A DNA stretch of 64,000 nt, taken from assembly GCA_045863235.1 (NCBI GenBank), contig BTUM01000019.1, positions 1 through 64,000 on the forward strand, read 5' to 3'. Each line of letters opens with the position of its first letter. The first letter of the stretch is position 1. The stretch comes from Candidatus Xenobia bacterium (GTDB lineage: Bacteria; Vulcanimicrobiota; Xenobia; Xenobiales; QWHO01). Positions 45,008-54,587 of this stretch are shown here, piece by piece. A program made the translations under genes and the position numbers. The notes under the pieces are model-generated. The model did not search any database. It saw only the letters and a list, made by a program, of their open reading frames with translations, and was not told where the DNA came from.

Positions 45008-45940
45008 TTACGGACTGCCGGGAGCTTTGGTGTTGGCGGCCGGAGTGCCCTTGCTGCCAGTCTTCTTCAGGAAGGTATCCACCACTTCGTTGGTGAGGTT
45101 TCGCCCTCCATACATGACGTGCACTTTGTCGAGCACCAACGAAACGTTGTTGGCCTCCGCCGCCTCGGACACCGACTGATTGACGGCTTGCACGAGGGGG
45201 GCAACCTCGGATTCCTGGCGAGCTTCCATGCGCATCATCAGCTCCTTCTGGAGATTCTCCACCTCTTGCTGACTGCGACCCTGGGCTTTCTTACGGAACT
45301 CCTCGCCCAGCTCATTCTTGAGGGCGGCGAGCTTGAGGTCCACCTCCTGGAAGGCCTTCAGGTTGCGCACGACATCCTGGTCGAAGTAGGCGATTGGCGA
45401 GTCCTTGGTATCATCCTCGGCCGGCAGCTTGAGCTCGGCCTTGGAGGTGAATTGAGACTTGACTTCCTCGGTGATGTCCTCGACCCCATAGACCACGATG
45501 CGCTTATCCAGCACGACCTTGTAATTCTTGTTGCGAGCCACGATGGCGATGGCCGCCTCGGCCCGGGTCTGCAACGGCTGGAGGGTCTTGTTTCGCTCCT
45601 GCTGCAGCTCCAACTCGAACTCGGAGGCCTTTTCACGCACCTTGCGGGCACCCTCCTCGTTACGCGGTTGGGTGGCGGCAAACTCCTCCAGCTTTTTGGT
45701 GTATTCGGAGTTTTTCTTGTCCAGGTGCTCGCGCGCCTTGGTGAAGTCCTCGAGCTGGTAGATGGCGTCCGAGTCGAGCGAGGCTACCTTCTTGACGGGC
45801 GAGCCGACACCGCCGCTCCTGAGCACGAACCAACCGGCGGCGATGGCCACCAGCAGCAGGACGAAGCCTGCGATCAAAGGGATCTTATTGGAGCCTCCGC
45901 CGGACGAGGGGGATGTCATCGTGGTTTCTCCGTCTTGCAT
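45008..45940 (-). CDS. Tandem OmpH/Skp-domain protein with N-terminal TM anchor
   Basis: Two repeats ending VLDK..VVYGVEDIT and VLDK..VMYGGRNLT. Confidence 0.8.
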   Translation of the reverse strand: MQDGETTMTSPSSGGGSNKIPLIAGFVLLLVAIAAGWFVLRSGGVGSPVKKVASLDSDAIYQLEDFTKAREHLDKKNSEYTKKLEEFAATQPRNEEGARKVREKASEFELELQQERNKTLQPLQTRAEAAIAIVARNKNYKVVLDKRIVVYGVEDITEEVKSQFTSKAELKLPAEDDTKDSPIAYFDQDVVRNLKAFQEVDLKLAALKNELGEEFRKKAQGRSQQEVENLQKELMMRMEARQESEVAPLVQAVNQSVSEAAEANNVSLVLDKVHVMYGGRNLTNEVVDTFLKKTGSKGTPAANTKAPGSP

Positions 45941-46030
45941 GCGAAATGGACCTCCTCAAGAGCCGGGGGCTTTCGCGCCGCCGCCCGCCAGAACGATGTC
46001 TCACACGCGGGTGAGCTTTGGGTTATCGGT

Positions 46031-46058
46031 AGTCTATCCGTTTCCGCTCGGCTGTCAA
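46031..46058 (-). promoter_or_regulatory. sigma70-type promoter for the skp-lpx run
   Basis: Minus strand TTGACA(46058-53)-16 nt-TAGACT(46036-31). Confidence 0.6.
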
Positions 46059-46142
46059 CAGTCCGACCAGGAACAATCAGGCAACCGTTACAGCAACGGA
46101 CGCAGAAGGACTTGAAAAAGTTCCCAACTCAGCTGGGGTTTT

Positions 46143-48695
46143 TCAGAACGACTGGCCGATGCCCAGACTGGCCCGACCGCCGTCTTCTCCGAAGGCGTAG
46201 TCGATGCGGATGACGCCCAGCCCGAGGCTGGGGAACACGATGCGAAGACCGGCTCCGACGTCAGCTTTGAGGGCGCCCGAGGTGACCCCCGGAGTCCAGG
46301 CATTGCCGGCGTCAGCAAACACAGCCCCACGCAAGAACTTGATGCGGCCGATTCCGAAGCGATACTCGGCGTTCAGCACCACGAAGCGGGTTCCGAAGAA
46401 GGCGTTCTCACGATAGCCACGCAACGTGTCCGTGCCACCCGCGAAGAAGAACTCCGAAACCGGGGCGTTCCCGTTCAGCATTCCGGCCCAGGCCCGCATG
46501 GCCAGGGTCGAGTTGCTACCGAACGGAATGTAGGAGCGGCCCTCGGCGACCAGCTTCGTGTAGCTGAAATCCCCACCCAGACCGGCAAAGGCGACCGAGC
46601 CGTTGGCAAAGTTGCCCACGGTCGGATTGAAAACATCGTCGCGCGTGTCGTAGAGGGCCGAGACGGCCAGGCTGTTCAGATCGCCATTTCCAATGCCCAC
46701 GGGCACGAACAGCGATTCTGGATCCTGGGTAATCTCGATGGTCTCGCGGCGGAAGGTCAAGAAGCCGCGGAAGTCGTCGGTAAAGGGATGTCCGTAGGTG
46801 ATCGTGCCGCCATAGCGGCGATCATCATACAGGGCGAACTGATCGGGATTCCCGCCGATGACCGGCTGGCGTAGCCCGGAAACTTCGTTGAGGAACAAGG
46901 AGATGCCGATGGAGTCCTGGTTGTCGTTGATGGCCGGATCGAAGTAGCTCAGGCCCAGAGCGCTGATGTTGGCACCGCGCTGCCACTGGACGCTGACCGA
47001 CTTGCCCTGGCCGAAGAGGTTGCGGTCGGAGAAAGAGATGGCACCGGTGATGCCCGGTCGCACCGCGCCCGAGCCGCCACCGGCATAACCCACGCCGATG
47101 GTGGCCAGGCCCGTCTTCTGCTCTTCCACCGCCAGAACGAGCACCACCTTGCCCGGCTCGGTGCCAGGCTCGGGCTCGATATTGACTTTCTTGAAGTAAC
47201 CGAGGTTGTTGAGACGCTCGAGGTCCTTTTGAATCTTGCGCCGCTGCAAGACCTCACCGGGCTTGGTGCGCAGATTCCTGGTGATGGTGTCGGTTTCGGT
47301 CTTGGTGTTGCCCTCGACCCGAATCTCTTCCACCACAGCCTCGAGCACCTTGAGGGTCACCGCGCCCTGATCGGGATCAAGCCGCGGACGGATGGTATCC
47401 AGAATGTAGTCGTTCTTTTCGTACAACTCGGCAACGCGAGCACTGTCTTCTTTGATGGTCTTCTGGTTGAAGAGCTCGCCGACTCGGGTCTGAACCAACG
47501 AGCGAACCTCTTGCTCCGGAAAAACGGTCACACCCTCGATGCTCACGGATTGAACCAGCATGCCATCCTTGATAGTGAGGGCGAGGGTTCCCTCGCCCCA
47601 CTTCAAGTCGACCACGTGAGTCGGGGTAAGCAGGTAGCCGAGGTCCTCGTTATAGTACTTATTGATGTTCTGAATGTCGGCGTGCAGAGTGCGAGTATTC
47701 AGAATCTTGCCAGCCCTGGTCTCCATCAACTCGACGATCTTTTCGGTGGGAACCACCTGGTTACCACTGATCACCACCTGGTTGACCATCGGATTCTCGA
47801 GCACCCGGAAGATCAGTCGCACTCCTCCGGGAGCGCCACGCGTATCCAGGCGCACGTCGGTGAAGTAACCCAGATCGAAGATAGCCTGCATGTCACGACG
47901 CAGCCGCGGCTCGAGCACCGGATCACCGATGCGGGTCGAGACCACCTGCAACACCTCTTCCGTGGGAACCTGAGCGTTGCCCTCGATCTCGATATTGACC
48001 ACGCGGGGCGCGGCGGACTCGGGTGGCTGCTCCTCTCCCCCGGGGGTCGGGGTCTCCTCCGAGCCCGGAGCCACGGCGGCCGAATCCACTGGCAGAATGT
48101 CGCGACCGAGCGGAGCCTGAGCGTAACGGGCCGACGAGACGATCATCTCGCGATTGGCCCCCAGGGTAAAAATGACCGAAACCGTGTCGCCCGCCTTCAA
48201 TCCTTCGGCCAACTGGCTGTCGGGCGAAACCAGGAAGATCATGTCCCTCTCGCTGCCATCGGCAGCCTTGCCGCGCACACTGAGTTTTTCGTCTTCGAGC
48301 AACAGGACCTGACCGCTGAAACGATAGGTGCCCTCGGGCAGACTGTCGGCAGCGGGGCTCTCCGCGGGAGGCGTTCCTTCGCCGGCCGGCGCAGCACCCT
48401 CACCTTCAGTCGGCTGAGGCGGAGCCGCGCCATCGCCCTCTGGCGGCTGAGGGGGCGCCCCGCCGGGCTGGGGAGGAACGGCGCCCTCACCCTCCGCAGG
48501 CTGGGGAACCGGGGCCTCAGGCGAGGCCCCCTCCTCCCCGTCGGCCGCGGGCTGAGCCGGAACCGCCTCTTCTTCGGCGGCTACCACCCCGGACTCGGAC
48601 GCTCCGCCACCCGGCAACTCCTGAGCCAACACCCCCACGGGCAAGCTCATAAAGAGCATGGCAACCACCAGGGCGAGGCTAATTTTCTTCTTCAT
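46143..48695 (-). CDS. bamA: Omp85/BamA outer-membrane assembly factor with long N-terminal extension
   Basis: Signal peptide, three POTRA-like repeats (LGYF), GGTDTLRGY, FADAGNAW, IRIDYA, terminal GQSF. Confidence 0.92.
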   Translation of the reverse strand: MKKKISLALVVAMLFMSLPVGVLAQELPGGGASESGVVAAEEEAVPAQPAADGEEGASPEAPVPQPAEGEGAVPPQPGGAPPQPPEGDGAAPPQPTEGEGAAPAGEGTPPAESPAADSLPEGTYRFSGQVLLLEDEKLSVRGKAADGSERDMIFLVSPDSQLAEGLKAGDTVSVIFTLGANREMIVSSARYAQAPLGRDILPVDSAAVAPGSEETPTPGGEEQPPESAAPRVVNIEIEGNAQVPTEEVLQVVSTRIGDPVLEPRLRRDMQAIFDLGYFTDVRLDTRGAPGGVRLIFRVLENPMVNQVVISGNQVVPTEKIVELMETRAGKILNTRTLHADIQNINKYYNEDLGYLLTPTHVVDLKWGEGTLALTIKDGMLVQSVSIEGVTVFPEQEVRSLVQTRVGELFNQKTIKEDSARVAELYEKNDYILDTIRPRLDPDQGAVTLKVLEAVVEEIRVEGNTKTETDTITRNLRTKPGEVLQRRKIQKDLERLNNLGYFKKVNIEPEPGTEPGKVVLVLAVEEQKTGLATIGVGYAGGGSGAVRPGITGAISFSDRNLFGQGKSVSVQWQRGANISALGLSYFDPAINDNQDSIGISLFLNEVSGLRQPVIGGNPDQFALYDDRRYGGTITYGHPFTDDFRGFLTFRRETIEITQDPESLFVPVGIGNGDLNSLAVSALYDTRDDVFNPTVGNFANGSVAFAGLGGDFSYTKLVAEGRSYIPFGSNSTLAMRAWAGMLNGNAPVSEFFFAGGTDTLRGYRENAFFGTRFVVLNAEYRFGIGRIKFLRGAVFADAGNAWTPGVTSGALKADVGAGLRIVFPSLGLGVIRIDYAFGEDGGRASLGIGQSF

Positions 48696-48813
48696 TGGTC
48701 AACTCCAGAGATCGGCGGAAAAGCCCGTCACTTCGCAAAAGTCGGCGGCCCTTTCGACGACCGAGAAAGGTGTCCTGCCCTTCAACAGGCTTGAAACCTT
48801 TCACAGTTGGCTC

Positions 48814-48842
48814 ATTGTATGCATGGCTCGGTCCGGGCGCAA
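48814..48842 (-). promoter_or_regulatory. sigma70-type promoter for bamA
   Basis: Minus strand TTGCGC-17 nt-TACAAT; palindrome TGAAA-CC-TTTCA at 48792-48803 just downstream. Confidence 0.55.
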
Positions 48843-48974
48843 CCCCAATTTTCTGTTCGCCCTCTCGGCTGACATTGAATTTCTTTCCACATCAAAAGAG
48901 AACTCCCTCCTGATGGGAAAACTCGGACACGAACCGGCGGAGGGGGTGGCCGGATCTTGTGCGAAAGGGCTCCA

Positions 48975-50063
48975 ATGAGGCGGTTTGGAGCCCTTCTTCT
49001 GGTGCTGACCTGGGTCGCGCAGGCCCAAGAGCCGCCCGGCTCGGTGCGTTGGAGCTACAAGCTGCCCTTCCCGGTGCGCAGCCTGGCCGTGAGCGAGCAG
49101 GGCGTGGCCCTGGTCGGCTCGGACTTTGGCAATTACCTGCACGCAGTGGACGTATTACCTGGAACCTTTCTCTGGAAGAGAGACCTGGCCGGCTCCATCT
49201 GGAGCCCGGCAGTCGTCACTCAGGAAGCGGCCTATCTGGTCCCCAACGCGGCGGCCCTGATTGCGCTTCGTATCGAAACCGGGGACGTACTGTTCTGGTT
49301 GGGACCCCGCTTCCCATCAGGGGACCGTCCGCCCTGGCAGAACAAAGCCCCTCCCGCCGTGGGCCCTAACCGGATCTGGCTGGTCTCCCTCAACGGCACG
49401 CTCTGCAAGCTTGACGCCACCGGGAAACCGCTGGGACAGACAGAGCTGCAAGGCCTGAACCAGACGGACCAGTTTTGGAGTCGCCCGGCCCTGGCAGGCG
49501 ACTCGCTGTTCATCGGCTCCATCCGTGGTCGCCTTCACCGGGTGGCCAGCGAGACCTTGCGACGCAAGGAGACGATTGAGCTGGGAGAGGATATCCGAGC
49601 CGATGTAATCGCTCGCGACGACCGGCTCTATGTTTCTACCGTCAACGGCTCACTGTATGCCTTTCGAGCCGACCCGGAGCGCACCGTGCAACTCTGGAAA
49701 CTTTCTCTACGCAGCCGAGCTCCTGGCGGCAGCACCGGGCGTTCACCCGTCATTCCACTGGTAATGGAGGACCGCTTGCTGGTTGCCAGCCGCACCGCCG
49801 CCTATTGCCTGGACCGGCGAACCGGCGGCATCCTCTGGAGAAGGGAGGTCGAATCCGGAATCGCCGCCCCCCTGACCCTGGTCAAAGACCGGGTGCAACT
49901 GGTCACCGGTCAGGGAGAACTGGTCTCATTGGCACTCGCCACCGGACAGATGCTGGGAGGAGTCCCCCTGCGTGGCATCCCCACGGCCGGCCCTCTGGCC
50001 TGGGGAGAAGTCGTGCTGGTAGGTTTCTCGGATGGGATGCTCCAGGCGGTAAGCCCGCCCTGA
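48975..50063 (+). CDS. PQQ-like beta-propeller protein (BamB-like)
   Basis: Signal peptide without lipobox; repeated 'LHAVD..G..LW', 'LDRRTGGILW' blades; divergent from bamA. Confidence 0.8.
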   Translation: MRRFGALLLVLTWVAQAQEPPGSVRWSYKLPFPVRSLAVSEQGVALVGSDFGNYLHAVDVLPGTFLWKRDLAGSIWSPAVVTQEAAYLVPNAAALIALRIETGDVLFWLGPRFPSGDRPPWQNKAPPAVGPNRIWLVSLNGTLCKLDATGKPLGQTELQGLNQTDQFWSRPALAGDSLFIGSIRGRLHRVASETLRRKETIELGEDIRADVIARDDRLYVSTVNGSLYAFRADPERTVQLWKLSLRSRAPGGSTGRSPVIPLVMEDRLLVASRTAAYCLDRRTGGILWRREVESGIAAPLTLVKDRVQLVTGQGELVSLALATGQMLGGVPLRGIPTAGPLAWGEVVLVGFSDGMLQAVSPP

Positions 50064-50071
50064 AAGCGCTT

Positions 50072-51445
50072 TTACATCACTGCTAGCAGGCGATAGAGCT
50101 CGGTGGCCGCCCGGATCCCCCCGAAGAAGTGACGCAACTCGAACTTCTCGTCGGGCGAGTGAATGCCGTCATCGGGGTTGCCCAGGCCCAACAGCAGGGT
50201 ATCCACCCCCAGCACACGACGAAAGTCGGAGACAATGGGAATCGCGCCTCCGTGCCGACTGAAGAGCGGTTCCACCCCAAAACCGGCTCGGACCGCCTGA
50301 CGAGCGGCCTCGAAGAGCGACTCATGCCGACCTTCGCGGCGCAAGAGGTAGGGATGCCCGGTGTCGCCCGGCACGAACTCGAGCTCGGCCCAGGCCGGAC
50401 ACTGCCCGACGAACCACTTGCGCAGGCACTCCATGAGATGGGCCGGCTCCTGGTCGGCCACCAGCCGGGCACTGAACTTGGCACTGGCAGTCGCGGGCAC
50501 GATGGTCTTGCTGCCCTCGCCCTGGTAGCCCCCGGTGATGCCATTGCACTCCAGGGTGGGACGAAACCAGCGCCGCTCATTGGTGGTAAAGCCGTGCTCC
50601 CCATGCATGTGGGCCCCCAGCCAGCTCTGGTAGGCGTCCTCATCAAAGGGAAGATTGAAGAGCGACTCGCGCTCCCATTCCTCGGCCTCCAGAACGCCAT
50701 CGTAGAAACCCGGGACGGTCACGCGATTGCGGTCGTCGTGCAGAGCGGCGACCATGGCTGCCAGCGTATGAATGGCGTTGGGCAGAGTCCCTCCGTAGAC
50801 GCCCGAATGCACATCTCGGTGGGCCACCCGCAGGTGCACCTCGAACACCACAATCCCGCGCAGACTGTAGTGAATCGTAGGAATCCCCTTGATGGATGTG
50901 CTGGTGTCGGACACCACCGCCAACTCGGGAGAGAGCTCTCCCTTCAGTCGCTCGAGCAACTCAACCAGATGCGGGCTGCCAATCTCCTCCTCCCCTTCGA
51001 TCAGGAAGGTCAGGTTGACCGGCAATCCGCCCGTCGTCTTCAACAGCGTCTCGACAGCACAAACGTGCGCAAAGAACTGGCCCTTGTTGTCACAGGCTCC
51101 CCTGGCGTAGATCCGATCGCTCTCGACCCGGGGTTGAAAAGGAGGGGAGGTCCACAGCTCGAGCTCATCGGCAGGCTGCACGTCGTAGTGCCCATACACG
51201 AGCACTCGCGGCCTGCCCTCCACGACCGGGCCGTGAGCCACCACGGCCGGATGCCCGGGGGTCTCCTCCAGGCGAGCATTCAGGCCCAGGCCTCGCAAGC
51301 GCTGCTCCACCCAGCGAGCACAGCGCAGCAAATCGGCTTTGCGCTCGGACTGAGTGGAAACGGAAGGGATGGCCAGGAGCTCCTTGAGGCCTTCCAAGAA
51401 CGACTCTCGATGCTGGTCGAGGTAAGCAGAAATGGCGTCGGACAT
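50072..51445 (-). CDS. M20 family dipeptidase
   Basis: YGHYDVQP, ARGACDNKG, EGEEEIGS, HSG.YGG, HSPDE. Confidence 0.93.
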   Translation of the reverse strand: MSDAISAYLDQHRESFLEGLKELLAIPSVSTQSERKADLLRCARWVEQRLRGLGLNARLEETPGHPAVVAHGPVVEGRPRVLVYGHYDVQPADELELWTSPPFQPRVESDRIYARGACDNKGQFFAHVCAVETLLKTTGGLPVNLTFLIEGEEEIGSPHLVELLERLKGELSPELAVVSDTSTSIKGIPTIHYSLRGIVVFEVHLRVAHRDVHSGVYGGTLPNAIHTLAAMVAALHDDRNRVTVPGFYDGVLEAEEWERESLFNLPFDEDAYQSWLGAHMHGEHGFTTNERRWFRPTLECNGITGGYQGEGSKTIVPATASAKFSARLVADQEPAHLMECLRKWFVGQCPAWAELEFVPGDTGHPYLLRREGRHESLFEAARQAVRAGFGVEPLFSRHGGAIPIVSDFRRVLGVDTLLLGLGNPDDGIHSPDEKFELRHFFGGIRAATELYRLLAVM

Positions 51446-51658
51446 AACGTGTTGGGACGTTACGCGCTGAAGGTCTTCCGTTCCTTCGGGGAGCGCCTCT
51501 CGGCGCCACTTTCAGCACTCCACCTGGTTTCGGGCCGTTCTTCCGGAGACCGTTCCGGTCCATCGGATCAGTTTGTTAAAATTTCTCGCAAAATTGGCAG
51601 GATCCGGGGATGGTTTCGCAGTAATGTGGCGACGCTGAAAATATCGGGAGGGTGAACC

Positions 51659-52162
51659 GTGGTCCAAGTTACACAGACTGACCGCTACCCCGGTCGCAAG
51701 ATCTGGTTCGGAGCCCTGGATGATACCGTGGATGGCTTGAAACTCCACGGACGGGTGAAAATGAAGCCGACGCTTCTGCGCACCGCTCCCGACTATTGGA
51801 CTCGCGTGGAAGCCGAAGAGATCCTCTATCTCGACGGACGCGGCGACGTGATTCACTGGGCTACCGTTCGAGGGCTCCTGCCCGATCTGGACAGCCGCAG
51901 TTTCGAGGATGCCCTCGACCGGGCCACCCGCATCGGAGTCTTCGTTCGCATCTCGAGCCAGTGCGCGGTGGCCCCAAGCCGCATTCAGGGCCTGCTGCGG
52001 GTTCCCGAAGGCCAGTACCAGGTGGAGATGGAGTCTCCCTTTGGAGAAACGGTCATGCTGCCGCTCGACCGGGCCCGCATTCCGGAATTGGAAGAGTGCC
52101 TGGAGGTGCTCTCCGCCGGCAGTTGCCTGCTCTTTGCCGATCCCGAGGACTTCGAGGACTAA
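51659..52162 (+). CDS. Stand-alone, divergent LytTR-like domain protein
   Basis: EILYLDGRGD..HWAT, FVRISSQCAV....I, LPLDR...L match the LytTR pattern (ILYIE, FxRxHRSxIVN, LPVSR); GGAGG RBS. Confidence 0.65.
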   Translation: MVQVTQTDRYPGRKIWFGALDDTVDGLKLHGRVKMKPTLLRTAPDYWTRVEAEEILYLDGRGDVIHWATVRGLLPDLDSRSFEDALDRATRIGVFVRISSQCAVAPSRIQGLLRVPEGQYQVEMESPFGETVMLPLDRARIPELEECLEVLSAGSCLLFADPEDFED

Positions 52163-52210
52163 TCCCCCCTCCCCCGAAGGAACGTGCCCATCTCTCTGGA
52201 GGACGTTCCC

Positions 52211-52978
52211 ATGATGCTCTTGGAAAATAAGCGGGGTCTCGTTTTTGGCGTGGCCAACAACATGTCGATCGCCTGGGCCATCGCGCAAGAAGCCCACCGT
52301 CAGGGTGCTGAACTCGGTTTTACCTACCTCAACGAAGCGCTCGAGAAACGCATGCGCCCCCTGGCCGAGAGCCTGGAAGCGAGCCTGATCCTTCCCTGCG
52401 ATGCCAACAAGGACGAAGACCTCGACGCGGTGTTTGCGGAGGCGGGCCGCAAATGGGGCAAGCTCGACTTCGTCTTGCACGCCATCGCTTTCGCCCAGCG
52501 CGAGGACCTCGACGGGCGTTTCGTGGATACCTCGCGTGAGGGGTTCCGCATAGCCCTGGACACTTCCGCCTATTCACTGGTCGCCATGGCCCGCCGAGCC
52601 GCTCCCCTGATGACCGAGGGAGGCAGCCTGCTTACTCTGACTTATTACGGGTCCCAGAAGGTGGTGGCCAACTACAATGTGATGGGGGTAGCCAAGGCCG
52701 CCCTGGAAGCCAGCGTTCGCTATCTGGCGGCCGATCTCGGGCCTCAGGGCATCCGTGTCAACGCTGTCTCGGCCGGAGCCATCAAGACTCTTTCCGCCAA
52801 GGGAATCCGCAACTTCAACGAGATGCTGAAGGTTTCAGCCGAGCGCAGCCCCCTGGGCCGTAATGTCGCTGTGGACGAAGTGGGCAAGGCTGGCACCTTC
52901 CTGCTCTCCGACTATGCCAGCGGCATCACGGGCGATATCCTGTATGTCGATGCCGGGTGGCACGTCCTGGGGATGTAG
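52211..52978 (+). CDS. fabI: Enoyl-ACP reductase (NADH)
   Basis: GVANNMSIAWAIA, SAYSL, YNVMGVAKAALE, RVNAVSAG.IKTL. Confidence 0.96.
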   Translation: MMLLENKRGLVFGVANNMSIAWAIAQEAHRQGAELGFTYLNEALEKRMRPLAESLEASLILPCDANKDEDLDAVFAEAGRKWGKLDFVLHAIAFAQREDLDGRFVDTSREGFRIALDTSAYSLVAMARRAAPLMTEGGSLLTLTYYGSQKVVANYNVMGVAKAALEASVRYLAADLGPQGIRVNAVSAGAIKTLSAKGIRNFNEMLKVSAERSPLGRNVAVDEVGKAGTFLLSDYASGITGDILYVDAGWHVLGM

Positions 52979-52983
52979 ACTCC

Positions 52984-53649
52984 ATGGAGCCGACTCCGCC
53001 GCCGCCCGAGAACGAGCCACCTCGCAGACAGGACCCGCGTACCACGGCAGTTCCGATGCGCGAGTTCAAGCGCACCAAGCGCTCCACTACCCTGGCTGAC
53101 CTGTGGATCCCCCTGGTAGCCCTCGGACTGGCGGCCACCATTTTCTACCTGCAATTCCAGCGCAAACTGATCGCTGACGTGCTGGCGGTGAACGATACCA
53201 GGTCCAAATTGACCCTGCAACTCAACCTCGAACGTCTGCCGCTCGAGCCCGGCGAGTCCGGAAAAATGCGGGTCTTCCACGTCGGGGGCGAGTCGCTGGA
53301 GGTGCTCAGCGGGGGAGGCACCACGGAGTCCATCTATCTGCCCAACACCAGTCCCGCCTGGGTGATCTACAATGTGGGAGGTGTAGCCAACCTCTTGCTG
53401 GTGGACTACACCTGGGCCTATCGAGCCGATGGTGAGCGCAACACGGCTGGCCCCCAGTTCAAGGTGGTGGCCAACCTGAAGGCAAACAAGCTGTTTACCT
53501 GCGGGGCAGCCGAGGTGCTCGGCCCCGACGAGAAGCTGCCCCAACGCTATCAGGGCAAGCGCCCGCTGCTCAAGGTCGAGCGCGTCCCCACCTCGGCCCT
53601 GGAGTTTCCCGAAACCTATCTGCGCGAGCAGTTGGAGAAGATCCGATGA
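52984..53649 (+). CDS. Hypothetical single-TM protein
   Basis: Coupled between fabI and pta; one TM then a soluble domain. Confidence 0.7.
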   Translation: MEPTPPPPENEPPRRQDPRTTAVPMREFKRTKRSTTLADLWIPLVALGLAATIFYLQFQRKLIADVLAVNDTRSKLTLQLNLERLPLEPGESGKMRVFHVGGESLEVLSGGGTTESIYLPNTSPAWVIYNVGGVANLLLVDYTWAYRADGERNTAGPQFKVVANLKANKLFTCGAAEVLGPDEKLPQRYQGKRPLLKVERVPTSALEFPETYLREQLEKIR

Positions 53650-54587
53650 GCTTTCTGGACCAATGTCGCGATCGGGTGCGCGGACAGGGGCTGCGCATCG
53701 TCTATCCGGAGGGAACCGAAGAGAGGGCCCGCCGAGCAGCCTCCCAACTCGCCGCCGAGGGCCTGGCCCGGCCCATCCTGCTGGGCTCTCCCGAGCCATT
53801 GGCGGGGGTGGAGCTGCGCACACCCGATGGAGAGTTCGCGTCGACCTACTATGAGTTGCGCCGCCATAAAGGAATCACTCTTGAACAGGCGACCGAGCGA
53901 GCGCGCTTGCCCCATTACTACGCGGCCCTCATGGTTCTGAGCGGCCAGGCCGACGGAATGGTGTCCGGGCTCAACTCGGCCACCAAGCCGTTCCTGCCGG
54001 CTTTCGAAGTGATCAAGCTGGCCCCCGGCTACCGACGCGCCTCCTCGGTCTTCCTCATGGTCTGGCCTGAGAAGACCTGGTTCTATGCCGATTGCTCCGT
54101 CAACATCGCCCCCGACCCGGCCACTCTGGCCGACATCGCCCGGGCGACGGCCGCCACCGCCCGAGCCTTCGGGGTAGAGCCCCGAGTGGCTTTTCTCTCC
54201 TTCTCGACGCGCGACAGCGCCGAGCACCCTCTGGTCGACCACGTCAAGGAGGCGGTGCGCCTCTGCCGGGAGGCTGAGCCGAGCCTGGCCGCGGACGGCG
54301 AGATGCAGTTCGACGCCGCCATCCTGCCCGAGGTAGCCGCTCGCAAGTGCCCCGGCAGCCCGGTAGCTGGCCGGGCTAACGTGTTCATCTTTCCCGACCT
54401 GGACGCCGGCAACCTCGGCTACAAGATCACCGAGCGCCTGGGCGGAGCCGCGGCGGTCGGCCCCATCTTGCAGGGTCTGCGCCGGCCGGTCAACGACGTC
54501 TCGCGCGGCTGCTCGGTGCAGGATCTGGTGGACGTCGGAGTCATCACCGCGATCCAGGCTCTGGCTCTGAAGGAGTCGATGGTATGA
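53646..54587 (+). CDS. pta: Phosphate acetyltransferase (short type)
   Basis: VYPEG, ADGMVSG, ADC, LSFST, DGEMQFDAA, FPDLDAGNLGYK, GPILQG...PVNDVSRG. Confidence 0.93.
   Translation: MSFLDQCRDRVRGQGLRIVYPEGTEERARRAASQLAAEGLARPILLGSPEPLAGVELRTPDGEFASTYYELRRHKGITLEQATERARLPHYYAALMVLSGQADGMVSGLNSATKPFLPAFEVIKLAPGYRRASSVFLMVWPEKTWFYADCSVNIAPDPATLADIARATAATARAFGVEPRVAFLSFSTRDSAEHPLVDHVKEAVRLCREAEPSLAADGEMQFDAAILPEVAARKCPGSPVAGRANVFIFPDLDAGNLGYKITERLGGAAAVGPILQGLRRPVNDVSRGCSVQDLVDVGVITAIQALALKESMV

Noticed and set aside
48789..48806. Rex operator upstream of bamA
   Set aside because: Four mismatches to TTGTGAA-N4-TTCACAA; only an unassigned short palindrome remains.
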